64,000 bases of DNA from positions 620,001-684,000 of the forward strand of contig MU008177.1 of assembly GCA_010909165.1 (NCBI GenBank), written 5' to 3'. Below are positions 46,691 to 60,380 of this stretch, one piece after another. The first letter of the stretch is position 1. Each line of letters begins with the position of its first letter. The notes under the pieces are model-generated. The model was not told the origin of the DNA. It was given only the letters and a program-made list of their open reading frames with translations, and searched no databases. This stretch comes from Anthoceros angustus (taxonomy: Eukaryota; Plantae; Anthocerotophyta). The position numbers and the translations under genes were made by a program.

Positions 46691-48162
46691 ATGCTCGGGT
46701 TGGTCAGGCAGGCTGTGCGGCAGCAGCGCCGGAGCGTTGTGAGTCGGGTTTCCCGGACCCCGTTCATCACTGTGTCTGCACGTTCGTCACCGACGGCGGC
46801 TGCTGTGGAAGCGGCGGAAGCAGCGGCCCCTGTGCAAGAGGTCGGTCGTCGGCTGGGATGGGCCACTTTCTGCTATCTGATCCTGGACGATGTGTAAAGC
46901 CGTCTTGCGTTATATGACGGTGTTGTTGCGGTGTGATGTTTGCAGCCGGAACTGGATAAGTCAATCCCTCTGGGGAAGCCACGGCCGCTGAGCATCGACC
47001 CTGCCTCGAAACTCAGAGTTGCCGACCCTAAGCCGCAAGGATGGAAAGCAGCAGCACTGAAGCTGTTAGGGTTCCACAGTCGGCAAAGTCGTCTAATCCG
47101 GGGAGCCCGAACTCTTTACTCGCGTGTCACTAGCCAGGTTGAGAGGCCTGAGCTGTATTCGAGTGAGTATGTAGGACGGGGGTTGGAATCTTGGAGAGGT
47201 GATTGTCAGGAAGGTTTTGCTAATTCTGATGACCTTGCCAGCCTTTTCTTTGGAGCAGAATTTCAGAACCACGCATGCAATGCTTGTGCTGCACTTGTGG
47301 CTGCTCCTGGCTCGTCTGCGAGCTGAAGGGAAGGATGGAGCTACTGTAGGCCAAACCATCTACGAAATATTCAATCACGATTTGGAGCAGCGCATTGTGG
47401 CGCATGGGGTACCAGACAGTTTCCTTCCCTGCCTTACTTTGCCGTCGGTGAGAGGGTTTTGGGGCTGGTAAGAAGATGTGCATCAGTACAGTGTATATGA
47501 ATGTAGGTGAAAGTCTTGATCTCCAAGTGGATGAAAGAACTTGAGAAGAACTTCTACGGCGCTGTTACAGCGTATGATGCTGCCATGAGACCAGAAGCCT
47601 CTCACGATGAGCTTCCTCGTGCAATCTGGAGGTGAGGCTGTAGTCCTCTCATCAGCGTTTGTTAGGTTTGAGGTCTTGTGCTGTGCTGATTCAGGTAATA
47701 GGCTCGCTCCGGCTCGTTCAACATTTGCGTACTTGGCTCTAACGAAGTTGCGTGTTCTGCAGGAATGTCTTTGCTAAGGATGATGAACTTATGCCATCGG
47801 GTGAATTGTTAGCACCGGTACAAGTGAGTAACTCTTATCTGAATTGGGGAGGAAGTGGCTGGCAATGATGCTAAACCATCACATGTGACCGGCAGCAGAG
47901 GAAATGGTCACAATCTGGCTCACCGGCAATTGAGACTGCATTGTGCTGATGTATCTCATGTTGTAACAACTCGTGGGCAGGCATTAGCAAGATATGTGCG
48001 AAGGGAAGCTGCCTGCCTTTCATTAACAGGTTTGTTAAGGAGATACCTGTGGTTGTCGTTTTCTCTTGTTGATCCCTTCACCGACCATTCTGAGGATCAA
48101 AGCGTGATTGTGCAGACTCTGCTTCTTTGCTGTCGGGCAATATCCTTTTCTCTCAGGAGTGA
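46691..48162 (+). CDS. CBP3: Ubiquinol-cytochrome c reductase chaperone (CBP3/UQCC1 family), mitochondrial
   Basis: FRTTHAMLVLHLWLLLARLRAEG, YEIFNHDLE, KWMKELEKNFYG..AYD, IWRNVF, LARYVRRE. Confidence 0.9.
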
Positions 48163-48639
48163 CCATCACCAGTCTCACATTCCTGTACATGCCGGCGAAT
48201 ACCGTGACTATTCTCTATAACTAAAGGTCGCCAGCTGTGCATCATTGAGTACTGTGGGTTACCTGTTGGAGAACGGCGCCCACGGATTCGATTCCCTGGT
48301 CGTCTGGTTCTTTGTAAGTTGTGCCTGTCCCGTTTACAGACCTATAGTGGTTGTTTCTCGCCTTTTGGCGGACGTCCCGGCCAGCATCATGCAGACAAGT
48401 TTCTCCAGATTACGGTAGGGCTCTTTCTAGATTACCCTGAGGTTTGTTATTTCCCCTCCGCCACCGTTAATAATATACGATGTCTGTTTTGTACAAACAG
48501 TTGTCAAAGAATCAAATAAAAGATATGCTTCCGTGACTTTCAGAAGAACGATTCATCAAATAATCAAATATTGGATGTAGCTTCATCAAGTATATCAATT
48601 CCTCCAAGTCCATCCATGAGGATGTCAATCTCATCAAGT

Positions 48640-49010
48640 TCTTTCTTGAAGGAGTGTTTGCCAAGTTCTCTTCAAGGAGTGTTTTCCTCGAGTCCTCCTT
48701 GAAGGAGTGTTTTCCTCCAGTCCTCCTTGAAGGAATGTTTTCCTCCAGTTCTCCCTTAAAGGAGTGTGAGTGTTCTTAAGTCATCCCTTGAAGGAGTGTG
48801 AAGTGACTCTCAAGTCCTCCCTTGAAGGAGTGTGGAGTGTTCTCTCAAGTCCTCCTTCCTTGTCTGTTTCATTTAGTCCTTCAAGGTGTCAGTTTCATCA
48901 ACTCTTTCAAGGTGTCGATTTCATAAGTCCTGAAGCGTTTTGAAGGAGCATTTCCTCAAATTCTCCCTAGATGTTGCTAGTTTGATAGAGTCCTCCCTTG
49001 AAGGAGTGAT
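48640..49010. repeat. Degenerate ~28-33 bp tandem repeat (core CCTTGAAGGAGTG) in an AT-rich intergenic or TE-derived region
   Basis: At least 8 recognisable copies of the core. Confidence 0.7.
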
Positions 49011-50568
49011 ATTTAGTTAGATATGAATTCATTGGAACTCCATAGTCATTGGAAATTGATATTCAAAGATCAATCAAGAAAAGTTTTCTCACCTTATGGA
49101 GGGATCACTATTGGAAGAGAAGATTAGTCCAGAAAACTTTTCTCACAAATAAAATCTTACCACTCTATGGAAGAATCAGTGCCAGGAATGCAGATAAGTC
49201 AAGAAAGTCTTTTTACAAGTAAAATCTTAACACCATAGGACGGATCAGTGCTAGGAAGGAAAATTTTTCTCACAAGTATAATTGTACCATTTACCTCGCA
49301 TAGGAGTCTTGTGTAGATAGGTCATCTCCAGTGTAAATATGAGTTTTCTAAGTAGATTGAATAATGGTGCACGTATCTAGTTGGTGCATAAAATTTTAAC
49401 ACCTGATTGAAACATCTTTTCATGATATGTTTTGTATCAAATTATTAGAAATAGGATACTATTGTCACGTATATTATGATATCATATCATATTTTGCCTC
49501 AGGGTCTTATTGAAAGGGATTTCTATTTTCAAAAAAGGTTATAAATTATTTAGACGTACATAGAAACAAATCCTTAGCTCTATTTTGGCAAATTACAATA
49601 TATAGTTGACAAACTGTAATATATTCATTTTTTCCTTTCCAGAAAATATTGTCCCACACAAATTCTTTGACTTTTTTAGCTAAGAACTTCATGCTCACAC
49701 TACACCTAAATTTTGAACATACAATATGTCATTCATTCCTGGTAAAAACTATGCTCCTTAATGCATCACAATGCCTCCATGCAAGAGAAATGTGTTGCAA
49801 ATCGTGCATGTGTTAAATTTTCCAATTCAACACCATTTGCTTCAATGCACTTCATTTCTTGTAACTCGTAATAAAAAAGTTTCAAAATATTTTATTATAA
49901 TTAAGACAATTTTTTATATTTTATTTATTTAAAATGTATTATATTATTTTAATATATATTATATTTAATAATTAATTATTATATTTTTATATATCCCATA
50001 TCTACTAACCGATACTTATACCTTTATGGTACAGGTTGTTAAAAGTAATAAGTACCATGACACAAAATTCCGCCCAAGTGGACAATAATACCGGTAGGCT
50101 TTTGTTGTGCCCACAAGCACGTGCTTGTGCGCTATGTAGGTGATGTAGGTACATAATTGAAAATGGTTGTTGAACAATGGCGCGAAAATTAAGAAGATAA
50201 TTGACACGATGTGTGAAGGCCCTCAACCACCACAGCCCGGTCCTGAGGTGGGGAACATCGCATTTCCCGACGCAGGCGGCGCATGCAAAGAAGTGAGAGG
50301 CAGGTGAATGAAGGGCTATAAGTAGACGGGGAGAGAGATGCGGCGGACACAGCGAGCCTGTTTTCTCGGACTCTCTCCTTCCAGGAGCCTCTCGGCAGCC
50401 AAGCCTGGCCCCTACCTCCCGGGTTTATGCTCTCCCCTGCCCGAAGGTTCCGCCTCGCCACGGGCTTCGTCAAGGGGCTGTCCGCAGATTGCCTGTGCCG
50501 TGAGCTTCGCATTGGAAGTCTGACAGGCAGGAGGGTGGAGGAATCTTGAGCTGAATTGCGAGGGAGCC

Positions 50569-52685
50569 ATGGTGGGAGCTGTGCTTGCCAAGGCAGCTGC
50601 AGGAACCAGCCTGTCTGTGTCCAGGACGGCTGTGCTGCCCAGCAGCAGCAGCAGCAGCGGCGGCAGCAGCAGATCGTCGGCGTTTCATGGACGTGCGCTG
50701 CCGTCGTCCTCTGCCTTCTCCCGGGCCCGGGAGTGGCAGCCCGTGAGGGTGTCGGCCACAGTGGCTGCTCCCACGGTGCTCAAGGCCGAGCCTTCCTCGA
50801 AGGTGAAGTCTGTGAAGGCGAGGCAGATTATTGACAGCCGAGGGAACCCCACTGTGGAGGTGGATTTGGTGACCCAGGAGGGCGTGTACCGCTCGGCTGT
50901 GCCCAGCGGGGCGTCTACGGGGATCTACGAGGCGCTGGAGCTCCGGGATGGGGATAAGGCGAAATTTGGGGGCAAGGGCGTGCTGAAGGCAGTGGAGAAC
51001 ATCAACGAGATTCTGGCTCCTAAGCTCGTGGGGCTTGACACCAGGTGAGGTGGCGGGAGTGTGTGGGGAGGTGGGGTTGTGAGGAAGGAAGTGGCTGACA
51101 TGGGGTTGGTTTGGTGGCAACGCGTGCAGGAAGCAGAAGGAGATTGATACCATCATGTTGGAACTTGATGGAACGCCTAACAAGGCGAAGCTTGGGGCCA
51201 ATGCCATCCTCGGGGTGTCGTTGAGTGTTGCCAGGGCGGGGGCCGGCACACAGGGTATTCCTCTCTACAAGCATATTCAGGCGCTGGCTGGGACTAAAGA
51301 GCTTGTGATGCCTGTTCCGGCACTGAACGTTATCAATGGAGGGAGTCATGCCGGCAACAAGCTTGCCATGCAGGAGTTCATGATCTTGCCTGTGGGTGCC
51401 TCCTCTTTTGCTGAGGCTATGCAGATGGGTTGTGAAGGTGGGTGTCACAGGTCCTTGTTCTTCTCTTGTGCAGCCTCGTTTGGTGGGAGATGTGGGTGCA
51501 TGGGGTCCTTCATGTTTGACGAAGACTGATCGGTGTGATGTTTTCCGTGCTGTAGTGTATCAGGTTCTGAAAGGGATCATCAAGAAGAAGTACGGCCAGG
51601 ATGCTTGCAATGTTGGTGACGAGGGGGGCTTCGCCCCTAACATCCAGGACAATCGAGAGGGTCTTATTCTTCTTGTTGATGCCATTGAAAAGGCTGGTTA
51701 CACGGGCAAGGTGAGAACTGGCTGTGGATGGGATATTCGGAGGGTTTCTTCTCTCTGCCCCCGCATCCGTCACATGATCGGGTGTCTTGTATGCTTTACA
51801 GGTGAAGCTGGGAATGGATGTTGCTGCATCTGAGTTTTTGACCAAGGGCGGTCTATATGATCTTGACTTCAAGGAGCAGCCGAACAGCGGTGAAAACGTC
51901 TACTCGGGAGAGGCCCTTGGGGACCTGTACAAATCCTTTGTTAAGGAATTCCCCATCGTTTCCATTGAGGATCCATTTGATCAAGATGATTGGAGCTCTT
52001 GGGCAGCCCTGCAAGCTGGACTTCAGGTTCAAATTGTGGGAGATGACTTGCTTGTCACAAACCCAAAGAAGATCTCAGAAGCCATTACCAAGAAGGCCTG
52101 CAACGCCCTCTTGCTGAAGGTGACATCCCTGGCATCCCTGGCATCTCCCAGTGTCTTGTTCGTCTGAATCAACAAGTCATTTTTCTTACACCCTTAGAAT
52201 TCTTTGTGATTTGCAGGTCAATCAGATTGGTTCTGTGACGGAATCCATTCAAGCTGCCCTCGACTCAAAGGCCGCTGGCTGGGGAGTCATGGTTAGCCAC
52301 AGGAGTGGAGAGACCGAAGATACCTTCATTGCTGACTTGTCAGTCGGATTGGCTAGTGGGCAGGTATGTGCTGATTTTGAAGTACAGGATTTGTGAAAAT
52401 TTCTAAATTCCCTCTCTTAACCCTCATTTGGATGGGACACCCGGTCTAATGACATTCGATGATGCGCCCTTTGCAGATCAAAACTGGTGCCCCTTGCCGA
52501 AGCGAACGCCTAGCCAAGTACAACCAAGTAAGTCAGGATTTCTGGAAGACGCTAATATCTGATGTGGAGGAGAGGCTGTCTTTGTGTGCTGTGCTAATGC
52601 CGTCAACTTCTGCTTGCAGCTTCTCCGCATAGAGCAAGAACTGGGAACTGTACGCTATGCGGGGGAGAACTTCAGACGCCCATGA
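50569..52685 (+). CDS. ENO1: Enolase, plastid-targeted, multi-exon
   Basis: Ser-rich transit peptide; [60 protein letters not shown]. Confidence 0.96.
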
Positions 52686-53186
52686 CCCTGCCGCATTGGC
52701 TTCCTCAATAATCAGTGCAAACCAAATTTAACATCAGCTGTGCGACAAAATTTTGTAGACTCTTCAACACAGCACCCTGTGACTGTGGTTTCGGTCGCTT
52801 TAGGCTGCATTAGCCCCACACCTAAGTCTGTGTGGTCGACAGAGGCTAACAATTTTATTGGAGTGCACCACGTTGTCACTCCTGGAGCTTTTGTGCTTCG
52901 TGATTGGATGACACTCCGTGCTTAAGTACGTCTTCGTTCTCCGTGGTTGCGAGACACTCAGTGCAGAAGTACTCCACCCTTGAAAGCTTATCGTCTATGA
53001 CGCGATTTATTCCAAACATTGGAATCGTATCCCTGGAAGATGGCACAAAGGACAAGCCTTTCCTCCACAGACTGCACAGTGGGGTTCTCTTCCACAGCAA
53101 GGTTCTCTACCAGTGAGATGCTTCTGCCAAACGGTTCGTTCCAGCCAAAAAAGTACCGTAAGAACACTTCCGACCAGAAATGCCCG

Positions 53187-53883
53187 TCACTGTACTTTCC
53201 GCTTGCTCCTGAAGGGAGTGGATGACACAAGTACACGAGCAGTAATGAGGACGGGGATAATCAAGAAAGGTAGATACGCTGCCAACAGCTTCGCCTTCGT
53301 TTCCACTTTTGCAGCTAAGATGTCCGCCAATATAGGAATCTGCCAATCCAGAACGGAGTAAGCACCTTAACCGCAGATCAAACCTGATACGCCTGATTAG
53401 CAGCATGAGCAACAAGAACTCACCATGGTGGTAGCCGTATGCACCCCGTAGATAAGACCCGTAGTCCGGCCCCAATCTCTACCTACTCATCGCACAACGA
53501 GCACTCAGGCGCAGCTTTCACGATCGAAAAGAGAGACAAACGCTCCTGCAGACGACGTGCAAGAAGAGCGAGAACGCAGAATTGGCAGCCATACCGAGAA
53601 TAAACGCGTACGCAGTGACCACGCAGAGAGGCGCCTGGATGAAGATCTCAGCCAGCACCAGAGCCCGGAAATAAGCAGGCTTGTCCCGCACCAGGAAATC
53701 CCCGGTCGTGCGAATATGCCAGGCGACCACATCAGTGAGCTCCCTGAAATAGAGCTCCGTAGGAAACAGGCTCCCCTGCGTCTCGATAGCCAAGATCAAG
53801 ACGACATTGCACACCAAGAAGAAGGAAATCGCGATATCAAGCGGCCGCTTCCGCAAGGGCAAAACAGCCCCTACTCCTGCCAT
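53187..53883 (-). CDS. EXPERA-domain / TMEM97 (sigma-2 receptor)-like membrane protein, 3 exons
   Basis: GDFLVRDKPAYF..LAEIFIQAPL, GLIYGVHTATTM, YLPFLIIP. Confidence 0.82.
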
Positions 53884-54130
53884 CTCCGTCGCGACTCCGC
53901 CTTCCAGCGTGTGCACCAGCGACAATCTTCCCAGAATAATCGAAGCAACACTCCACCACTCGCAATCCCGGTTCCCACAGCATCGGTTTAGGCGGCCATG
54001 TCGAATTTAAATTGGACGGTGTAGGTAATAAAGCCGTGTCCCTAGTAAATGCCTTTACGGGCGCACTTTTCGTGAAACATAAAGATAAAGTGGCTTGGGA
54101 AGCCAGATGGGAAGACTCCCACTACCTGCC

Positions 54131-54556
54131 CTACTTTCGCCTCTCCTCCTCCCGCTTCTTGGCCAGGGCGATGAGCCTGGGGTACTCGTGCGGCTCCGGG
54201 GGCCAGGCGGGAGGGTAATTTCCAGGAACGCACGCCACGATCTCCCGCGCCCGCTCCTCCCTCGCCATGCGCTCCTCCGCGGACATGACGGGCTTGGGAC
54301 TGGGAGGCACCTTGGTGCCCAGGGAAAAGGTAGGTTGGACTCTGTCGCGCCCGCCGCCGAAGGAGCTATCCAGGACCTCCTTGGCTCGCTTCGCGCGCTC
54401 CTCCTGCTCCTTGTCCTGCCGGGCCTTGGCGAGGGCGATGAGCTCGGGGTACTCGTCCGGCGCGGGGGGCCAGGCCGGGGGCATGGTGCCCGGGACGCAC
54501 GCAACGATCTGCCTGGCCCGCTCCTCCCGAGCCATTCTCTTCTCCGGGGACATCAT
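54131..54556 (-). CDS. Hypothetical protein with two ~45 aa internal repeats
   Basis: MSxExRMAREERARxIVACVPGxxPPAWPPxPxEYPxLIALAK twice; GC-rich coding-like composition; TATA-like element at ~54597-54604. Confidence 0.55.
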   Translation of the reverse strand: MMSPEKRMAREERARQIVACVPGTMPPAWPPAPDEYPELIALAKARQDKEQEERAKRAKEVLDSSFGGGRDRVQPTFSLGTKVPPSPKPVMSAEERMAREERAREIVACVPGNYPPAWPPEPHEYPRLIALAKKREEERRK

Positions 54557-55282
54557 TCTTGCACCTTCACAAAACAAGCGGCAATAGAACGCGCGGCATA
54601 TATAGGAGAGAACCGGATGAGGAAGATGCAAATCGGGCCACAAAAATTTTGGAGAACTGACAACAAGGTTATCCTTCTTGTACGTAAATTTTAGAGCATC
54701 TCCTGTCCTGACCCTTTCCTGAACAGCACATAGGAAGATATCAGCTGCAACAACACCACTGAAACCCTAGCTGTAAGCTGGATGCTTGAGCTTGTCATGC
54801 CTTCCACTGGTTGCAAGCAGGGCACATTGCGACACATCTCAGCAACAATTTTGAGCCGTGAACGTCTTGATGTGGAAGATTCCAAGATTCCTCCATCGCA
54901 GTGAAAGCAGAACCGACACAATCCTGAAATCTAACCTTCGCAGACGCCGTGTGCATGAACATCTGCCGCGCCATCATGAACACGGTACCAACGCCGCCCT
55001 GCCTACACAAAATCTGGGACTCCGAAGGAGCGCATGTGATGGATCATAGATTTCCGCTCTATCAAACCAGTGCTCCGCACGCTGCAACGTCGTGGTCACT
55101 CTCCTCCTTGCTGAAATCAAAGTACTTTGGAAACGAAAAATCATACTTCTGGTCCACCTGAAGCCGGCGCTCTCTAGCCAGCACCACCTGCATTTCATCT
55201 ATATACCTGTCGTCTGCGTTTCACTCTACGTTATCCCTGCTCTTCAGTCTGGTGCCCACTGTCCCATCAGGCTGAATACTAG

Positions 55283-55545
55283 GAACTAACATCCGCTCAA
55301 ATACCGCTAGTGCAAGAACCATCCCAAATATCAAGGCATTCCATGTCACCACATCCTTTGTGGCCAAGCTGTCATGAACCCCGCGTGAAGCTTCCAGTTT
55401 GCCACATTTGTCATCGTCTCCGCCAGGCAGTTGCCCACCACGACGTTATCCAGCAGTCCTCTTTCAACAATCTGCCTGCCCTGCATGCTTCTTCTAGTTC
55501 CCCCACATTTTGCATAAATGTCCACCAGGCAGGTGGCTGTTTGAT
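55283..55545 (-). pseudogene. PPR (PLS-class-like) gene fragments
   Basis: CLVDIYAKCG(E)LEEA and KDVVTWNALI..ALAVFERML; related copy at ~58140-58225. Confidence 0.6.
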
Positions 55546-57334
55546 GCCCGGGGCACCAAACACTACGAGAAGAACAACGATAGCCGAACCTGGGAACAAT
55601 AGGAACCTAGAAAAGCCCAACAATGGGAGCAATAGCCGAACCTGGGAAAGCTGAACAATGGGAAGAACACACAGGAATCAAGTCAGGGAACAGTACTGAC
55701 AAAACGGACAAATCGAGGTTTGATGGAACACTTTCCACGAAAAACAAATACCTTTGCCGAAAAGGAGTCTCAGAATACACGCCTTCTTTCTTTCAGCTTC
55801 GTTTCATCCAGATTTCTGTAGAAGCATAACATTAGGGCAGCCAGCCGTGCACAAGTTCCTTTGAGGAAAGGAAGCAGAGGCACAACAAGCGTACCCAAGC
55901 TCCTCAATAGTCAGATGCAATTTGATGGTAACGTTGCGGTACTTCTTATCCAGTAAGGGCACGATTGTTGGAACACTTTCCATGTACCTGAGAAAAATTC
56001 ACAACCGATGCCCAGATGCCACAGCCAATAAGCTTGGGGATGATACTCCAGAATGTAGAACTACTCGCTGCATGCTGTTTAAAGCAAAACGTTTCAGGCA
56101 TGCAATTGCATACACAGGAGAAAGCCCCAACCTGCATTGCGAGAGCTGCTCCAGAAACCACCATACCCTGCATACTCCCGCTCTTCCTTCACAAGGGGTC
56201 GATGTCGTTTCTCTTCCGATGAGGCAACGTCTTGCGACTCTCTTAATGCCACAGCCTGTTCCACACAAATCAGACCAAGATCACTTCATCTCTCTCACCA
56301 CCAATGAGAATGGAGTGTTGAAAAATCAGCAGTGGCGAAAAGACGATACCTCTAATGTGATCATTTTGATCAACAGCATCCCGTGAACTGCCAACCCTTC
56401 CAGATGGCACCCCATATACTGCTGAACCTTTCCAGATGGCACGGAATTGAAAAAGGGTGTCTCTCCAAGAAGGTTCCCATCCAACAACCGAGGAGGAGGA
56501 CGTAAGGACAAATCAACGTCAGCAGGCTTTGCAAACTGAGGAATGCGTGTGTCTAACATTGTCGAAACCACCGCAGTCCTAAAAAGGTCTGGGTCCATAT
56601 GCCAACCAACAAATCCAGGCCACCGTGCACAAATAAGCTCCTGCTTCAGGTCTCACAGACGAAATGGAGCTGAGGGAAAGAAGTGAGATCTTGGACTTAA
56701 TTGCATGACAACCCGCCTTGTTGTCGGTTGTCCGCCATCTGCGGCCACCGCCCGTGCTAAGACCAACGCCATGACTTCCTCAGCACCTCATCCTTCATCT
56801 TCCAAGTACCAACCCGAGTCATCCAGTACCCACAGCCAACCATCCCAATCCTGAAAACCTACACAACACAACAATAGCGGACATCCTCTAAACTCTAAAG
56901 CGCAATCGTGCAAGCCTCACCCCAATCCCGCCCCCCTCCGCACCCAATCAATGCCAACATCCTAGAACACCTAATACACGACACTAAGGCAGCAGAGGAC
57001 TTACCACACTCTGGAATCATCTATCATTTCTTCGTACAGTAGCAGCTGGGTGCAGCCGACACATCAAGGACTCAAACCGGCCCAACCCGCTGCCCCTCTC
57101 CACTGTGGCCATGGCTGCCCCTCTCCGGTTCATCGCTATGGATACCCCTCTACTATCCGCTTCACCGCTATGGCTGCCATTGCACTATTCCTGACTCCTT
57201 CGTCAGGGGAGGAGCAGCTGCACGACAACTTCTCCATCGCAGTCGACGGTACTGTGGCTGTCATAGCACTAGACTCTTTCCTTGTGCACCGAAGGTCTAG
57301 GGCGGCCCCCGTTGCAAGGATGCCCTGTTTGTGA

Positions 57335-57678
57335 GACCTGTCCCAGGCCTGGGACAGGTAGCTAGCCCCGACTCTCGCCTTGCCCGCTGCCCGGGAGGCT
57401 GCGCAGGCGCATGCGCCGAAGGTGATTAATTTGCTCGGGGAGCTGAAGGTGTTTCTGCTCGAGGGAGAGCTGACGCGGGAGACAGTGCTCAAGAACATGC
57501 CGGCGCTGCTATCTTGTTTGCGGGAAGGTCATGGCTGCTGCTGCACTGGAGTAGGGGCAGCACGTAGCTGCGAGAGGCTGTGCTGGGATGTTGCGCTGCT
57601 GATGCTGTGACGGAGGATGTGCTGCTCTCGTTGCTGCCCAACACGGCTGGTTTGGAGTTCGAGCTCAAGCAGACCTTC
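57335..57678 (+). pseudogene. Fragment of strumpellin / WASH complex subunit 5
   Basis: DLSQAWD, FLLEGELTRETVLKNMPALLSCLRE, WLLLH, LLSLLPNTAGLEFELKQTF in the same order as strumpellin motifs; stops and deletions. Confidence 0.7.
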
Positions 57679-58325
57679 CTTCGCCGTCGTAGTGAGGGAA
57701 TTGCCGGCCGGGGATGCGCAGACGACAAGAACCTTCGCTTTGTAGGCCGGTGGGTGCAGCGGACATGGATGGGTTGCCACCCGGGCAGCAACAGCAGCAG
57801 CAGCAGCGGAATCAGGGGAGGCTGTGACACGAGCTGAGCATATAGTCGTGCATTTCTTGCTCGGAGCGCTATCAGCTCATGCTCCGGTACTGCTCAGTCT
57901 ACCAGCTCCCACCATCTCCTCTCCCGAGAGGAGCGAGGGATCCTTCCTAACTATGTTCCTCGTCCACCAATCACTGAGTGCTACTGCCTGCCCTTCTCTG
58001 TAAGACAGCAGTGCCCCCACAGGCTTTCCGAAGACAAGCAGAACTGACACCAGCGCCTCCTGCTCCGAAGGCTGTATGCTGCAAAGACCACTTGTTACTC
58101 CAAGGCAGGTAAAAGTAGAACCTTAGGCCCAATACGGGCAACTAACATCCGCTCCAAACCAGCTACTGCTTCTTGACCATCATCACAAGTACCATTACAA
58201 TGTCACCACATCCTTTGTGGCCAATGTCCTAAACATGCCACCAAACTAAACACCACCATATATGTGTGTCCAAATGAAGAAGAAGAAGAAGAATTTTATT
58301 TAAGTCCACCGAGGACGGATTTCCG

Positions 58326-59104
58326 TCATGGGACTTGGTACTTAACAACTTGTACCATGGTGTGCCTAAGCTACTTGCACCAAGGGTATCCACTCCCTTT
58401 AGGCACCCCATCTAAGTACCGAACTAAGCTCAGGATGCTTAATCATGGCACTTGGTACTCAACAACTTGTACCAAGGGCATCCACTCCCTTTAGGCACCC
58501 CATCTAAGTACCGATCTAAGCTCAACACCCCATCTAAGTACCGATCTAAGCTCAGGATGCTTAATCATGGCACTTGGTACTCAACAACTTGTACCAAGGG
58601 CATCCACTCCCTTTAGGCACCCCATCTAAGTACCGATCTAAGCTCAACACCCCATCTAAGTACCGATCTAAGCTCAAGATGCTTAATCATGGCACTTGGT
58701 ACTTAACAACTTGTACCATGGTGTGCCTAAGCTACTTGCACCAAGGGCATCCACTCCCTTTAGGCACCCCATCTAAGTACCGATCTAAGCTCAGGATGCT
58801 TAATCACCAAGGGCATCCACTCCCTTTAGGCACCCCATCTAAGTACCGATCTAAGCTCAGGATGCTTAATCACGATCTAAGCTCTAAGCTCAGGATGCTT
58901 AATCACGATCTAAGCTCAGGATGCTTAATCACGATCTAAGCTCATGATGCTTAATCACGGCACTTGGTACTTAACAACTTGTACCATGGTGTGCCTAAGC
59001 TACTTGCACCAAGGGCATTCACTCCCTTTAGGCACCCCATCTAAGTACCGATCTAAGCTCAGGATGCTTAATCATGGCATTCTTATAAATGTGTGTCCAT
59101 TTGG
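58326..59104 (+). repeat. ~120 bp tandem repeat array with internal sub-duplications
   Basis: Unit GGCACTTGGTACTTAACAACTTGTACC..CCACTCCCTTTAGGCACCCCATCTAAGTACCGATCTAAGCTCAGGATGCTTAATCA, ~6 full or partial copies. Confidence 0.92.
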
Positions 59105-59708
59105 AGACACATATTTAAATGGCTTAGGCCAAAGAAGGGACACACATATTTAAGTCGTCGTTAAGCGCTAAACACTACAAGCGGGACCTGAATGGGGTAC
59201 CTATAGAGGAATGCCTCTTGTGTTAGTAGCCTAGTTTACTCATGGAGCAAGTTGCCTAGAGTACCCAGTCCATGGTGGCATGTTCGTCCTTAGTGGACTT
59301 CAAATAAACTATTGTTTGTTTGTAAGCTGTCAAGAACCCCGCCTCCTAAGTCCAAACCCATGGCACGGACTCTCGAGTTGCATGTTGGCATGCCATAAAA
59401 AAAAAGGAAAATTATTTCTCGTAATATGTCTATTTTTATCTTATACATATAAAATATAATTTCACTATGTACAAGTTTTAATCTTAGATTAAATTTTATA
59501 TCAATGAGACCATCAGCCACCATTTCCTTGGTAGTGGTATAGCGAAGAAGTATTTGACTCATTAGTATCATCCTGCATCCTCCTTTGCAATCACTTAGAC
59601 TGTCGAGCCAGCCAAGGGACATTAGTGTCATCTTTCAGTTGCTCCTCGTGATCATAAGATGGTTCTCCATGTTTAAGGTTAAGTATAGTATATGTGTCAT
59701 CCTGCCGC

Positions 59709-60380
59709 TCAAACTCTTAAGGTTCTGTACATAGCTTTATGCTCCACGTCTTCACCCACAGGAAGAGGGCCAACAGGCCACTGCTCCTTAGGTATACCTT
59801 GATGATTTGATGGAAAGATGTCAGGACTACTATCACCTGTGCATGAGAACCGATTCGAAAAGCTCCACATCTCGTGCTCACTGAAAACCACATCCCTACT
59901 CCGATAAACCTTATTAGAAATAGGGTTGAATATCCTATAATCCTTGGACCCATCACGGTAGCCAACAAATACACCTCTAATGAGAAATAGAACTAGACTC
60001 AAACGCGCATGCCAAAACTATAATTGCTATTTGGCAGACTCACCAACATAATTGATAGAGTCCTCACTAGTGATAAGATGATATAGCTTGTTGACCAAGC
60101 AACCCCTAGCAATGATATTTTGAGATTTTAAGTTCCTAATAGAGCAACCAGCAAAGTCAAAAAAGGTCTGATGCCCATATGCTATTAGATTGCTTACCAA
60201 CACAAAGTTTCTGGTAAGACCCACGAAGAGAACCTCACTTGAATTCAGACACCCTCTATCAGCATGAGAAAGACATCCCCAACACCATGAACAAGATGGT
60301 ATGCATCATCTCCTAGAAAAATCTTCTGGTGGAGTTTACCAACGGCTCGATGAGAGGAAAACCACTCTCGATGAAAAGAT
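59709..60380 (-). mobile_element. Degenerate Copia pol fragments (protease region, integrase-adjacent SH3-like region)
   Basis: FHREWFS..IFLGDD..VHGVGDV, NFVLVSNL..G..FD..GC.I, VFVGY..GSKDYRIFNP..KVYRSRDVVFSE. Confidence 0.75.

Noticed and set aside
58326-59104. Repeat array as CRISPR or as repeat-protein ORFs (LGTPSKYRSKL)
   Set aside because: No unique spacers; unit-length changes break frames; typical TE-associated satellite.
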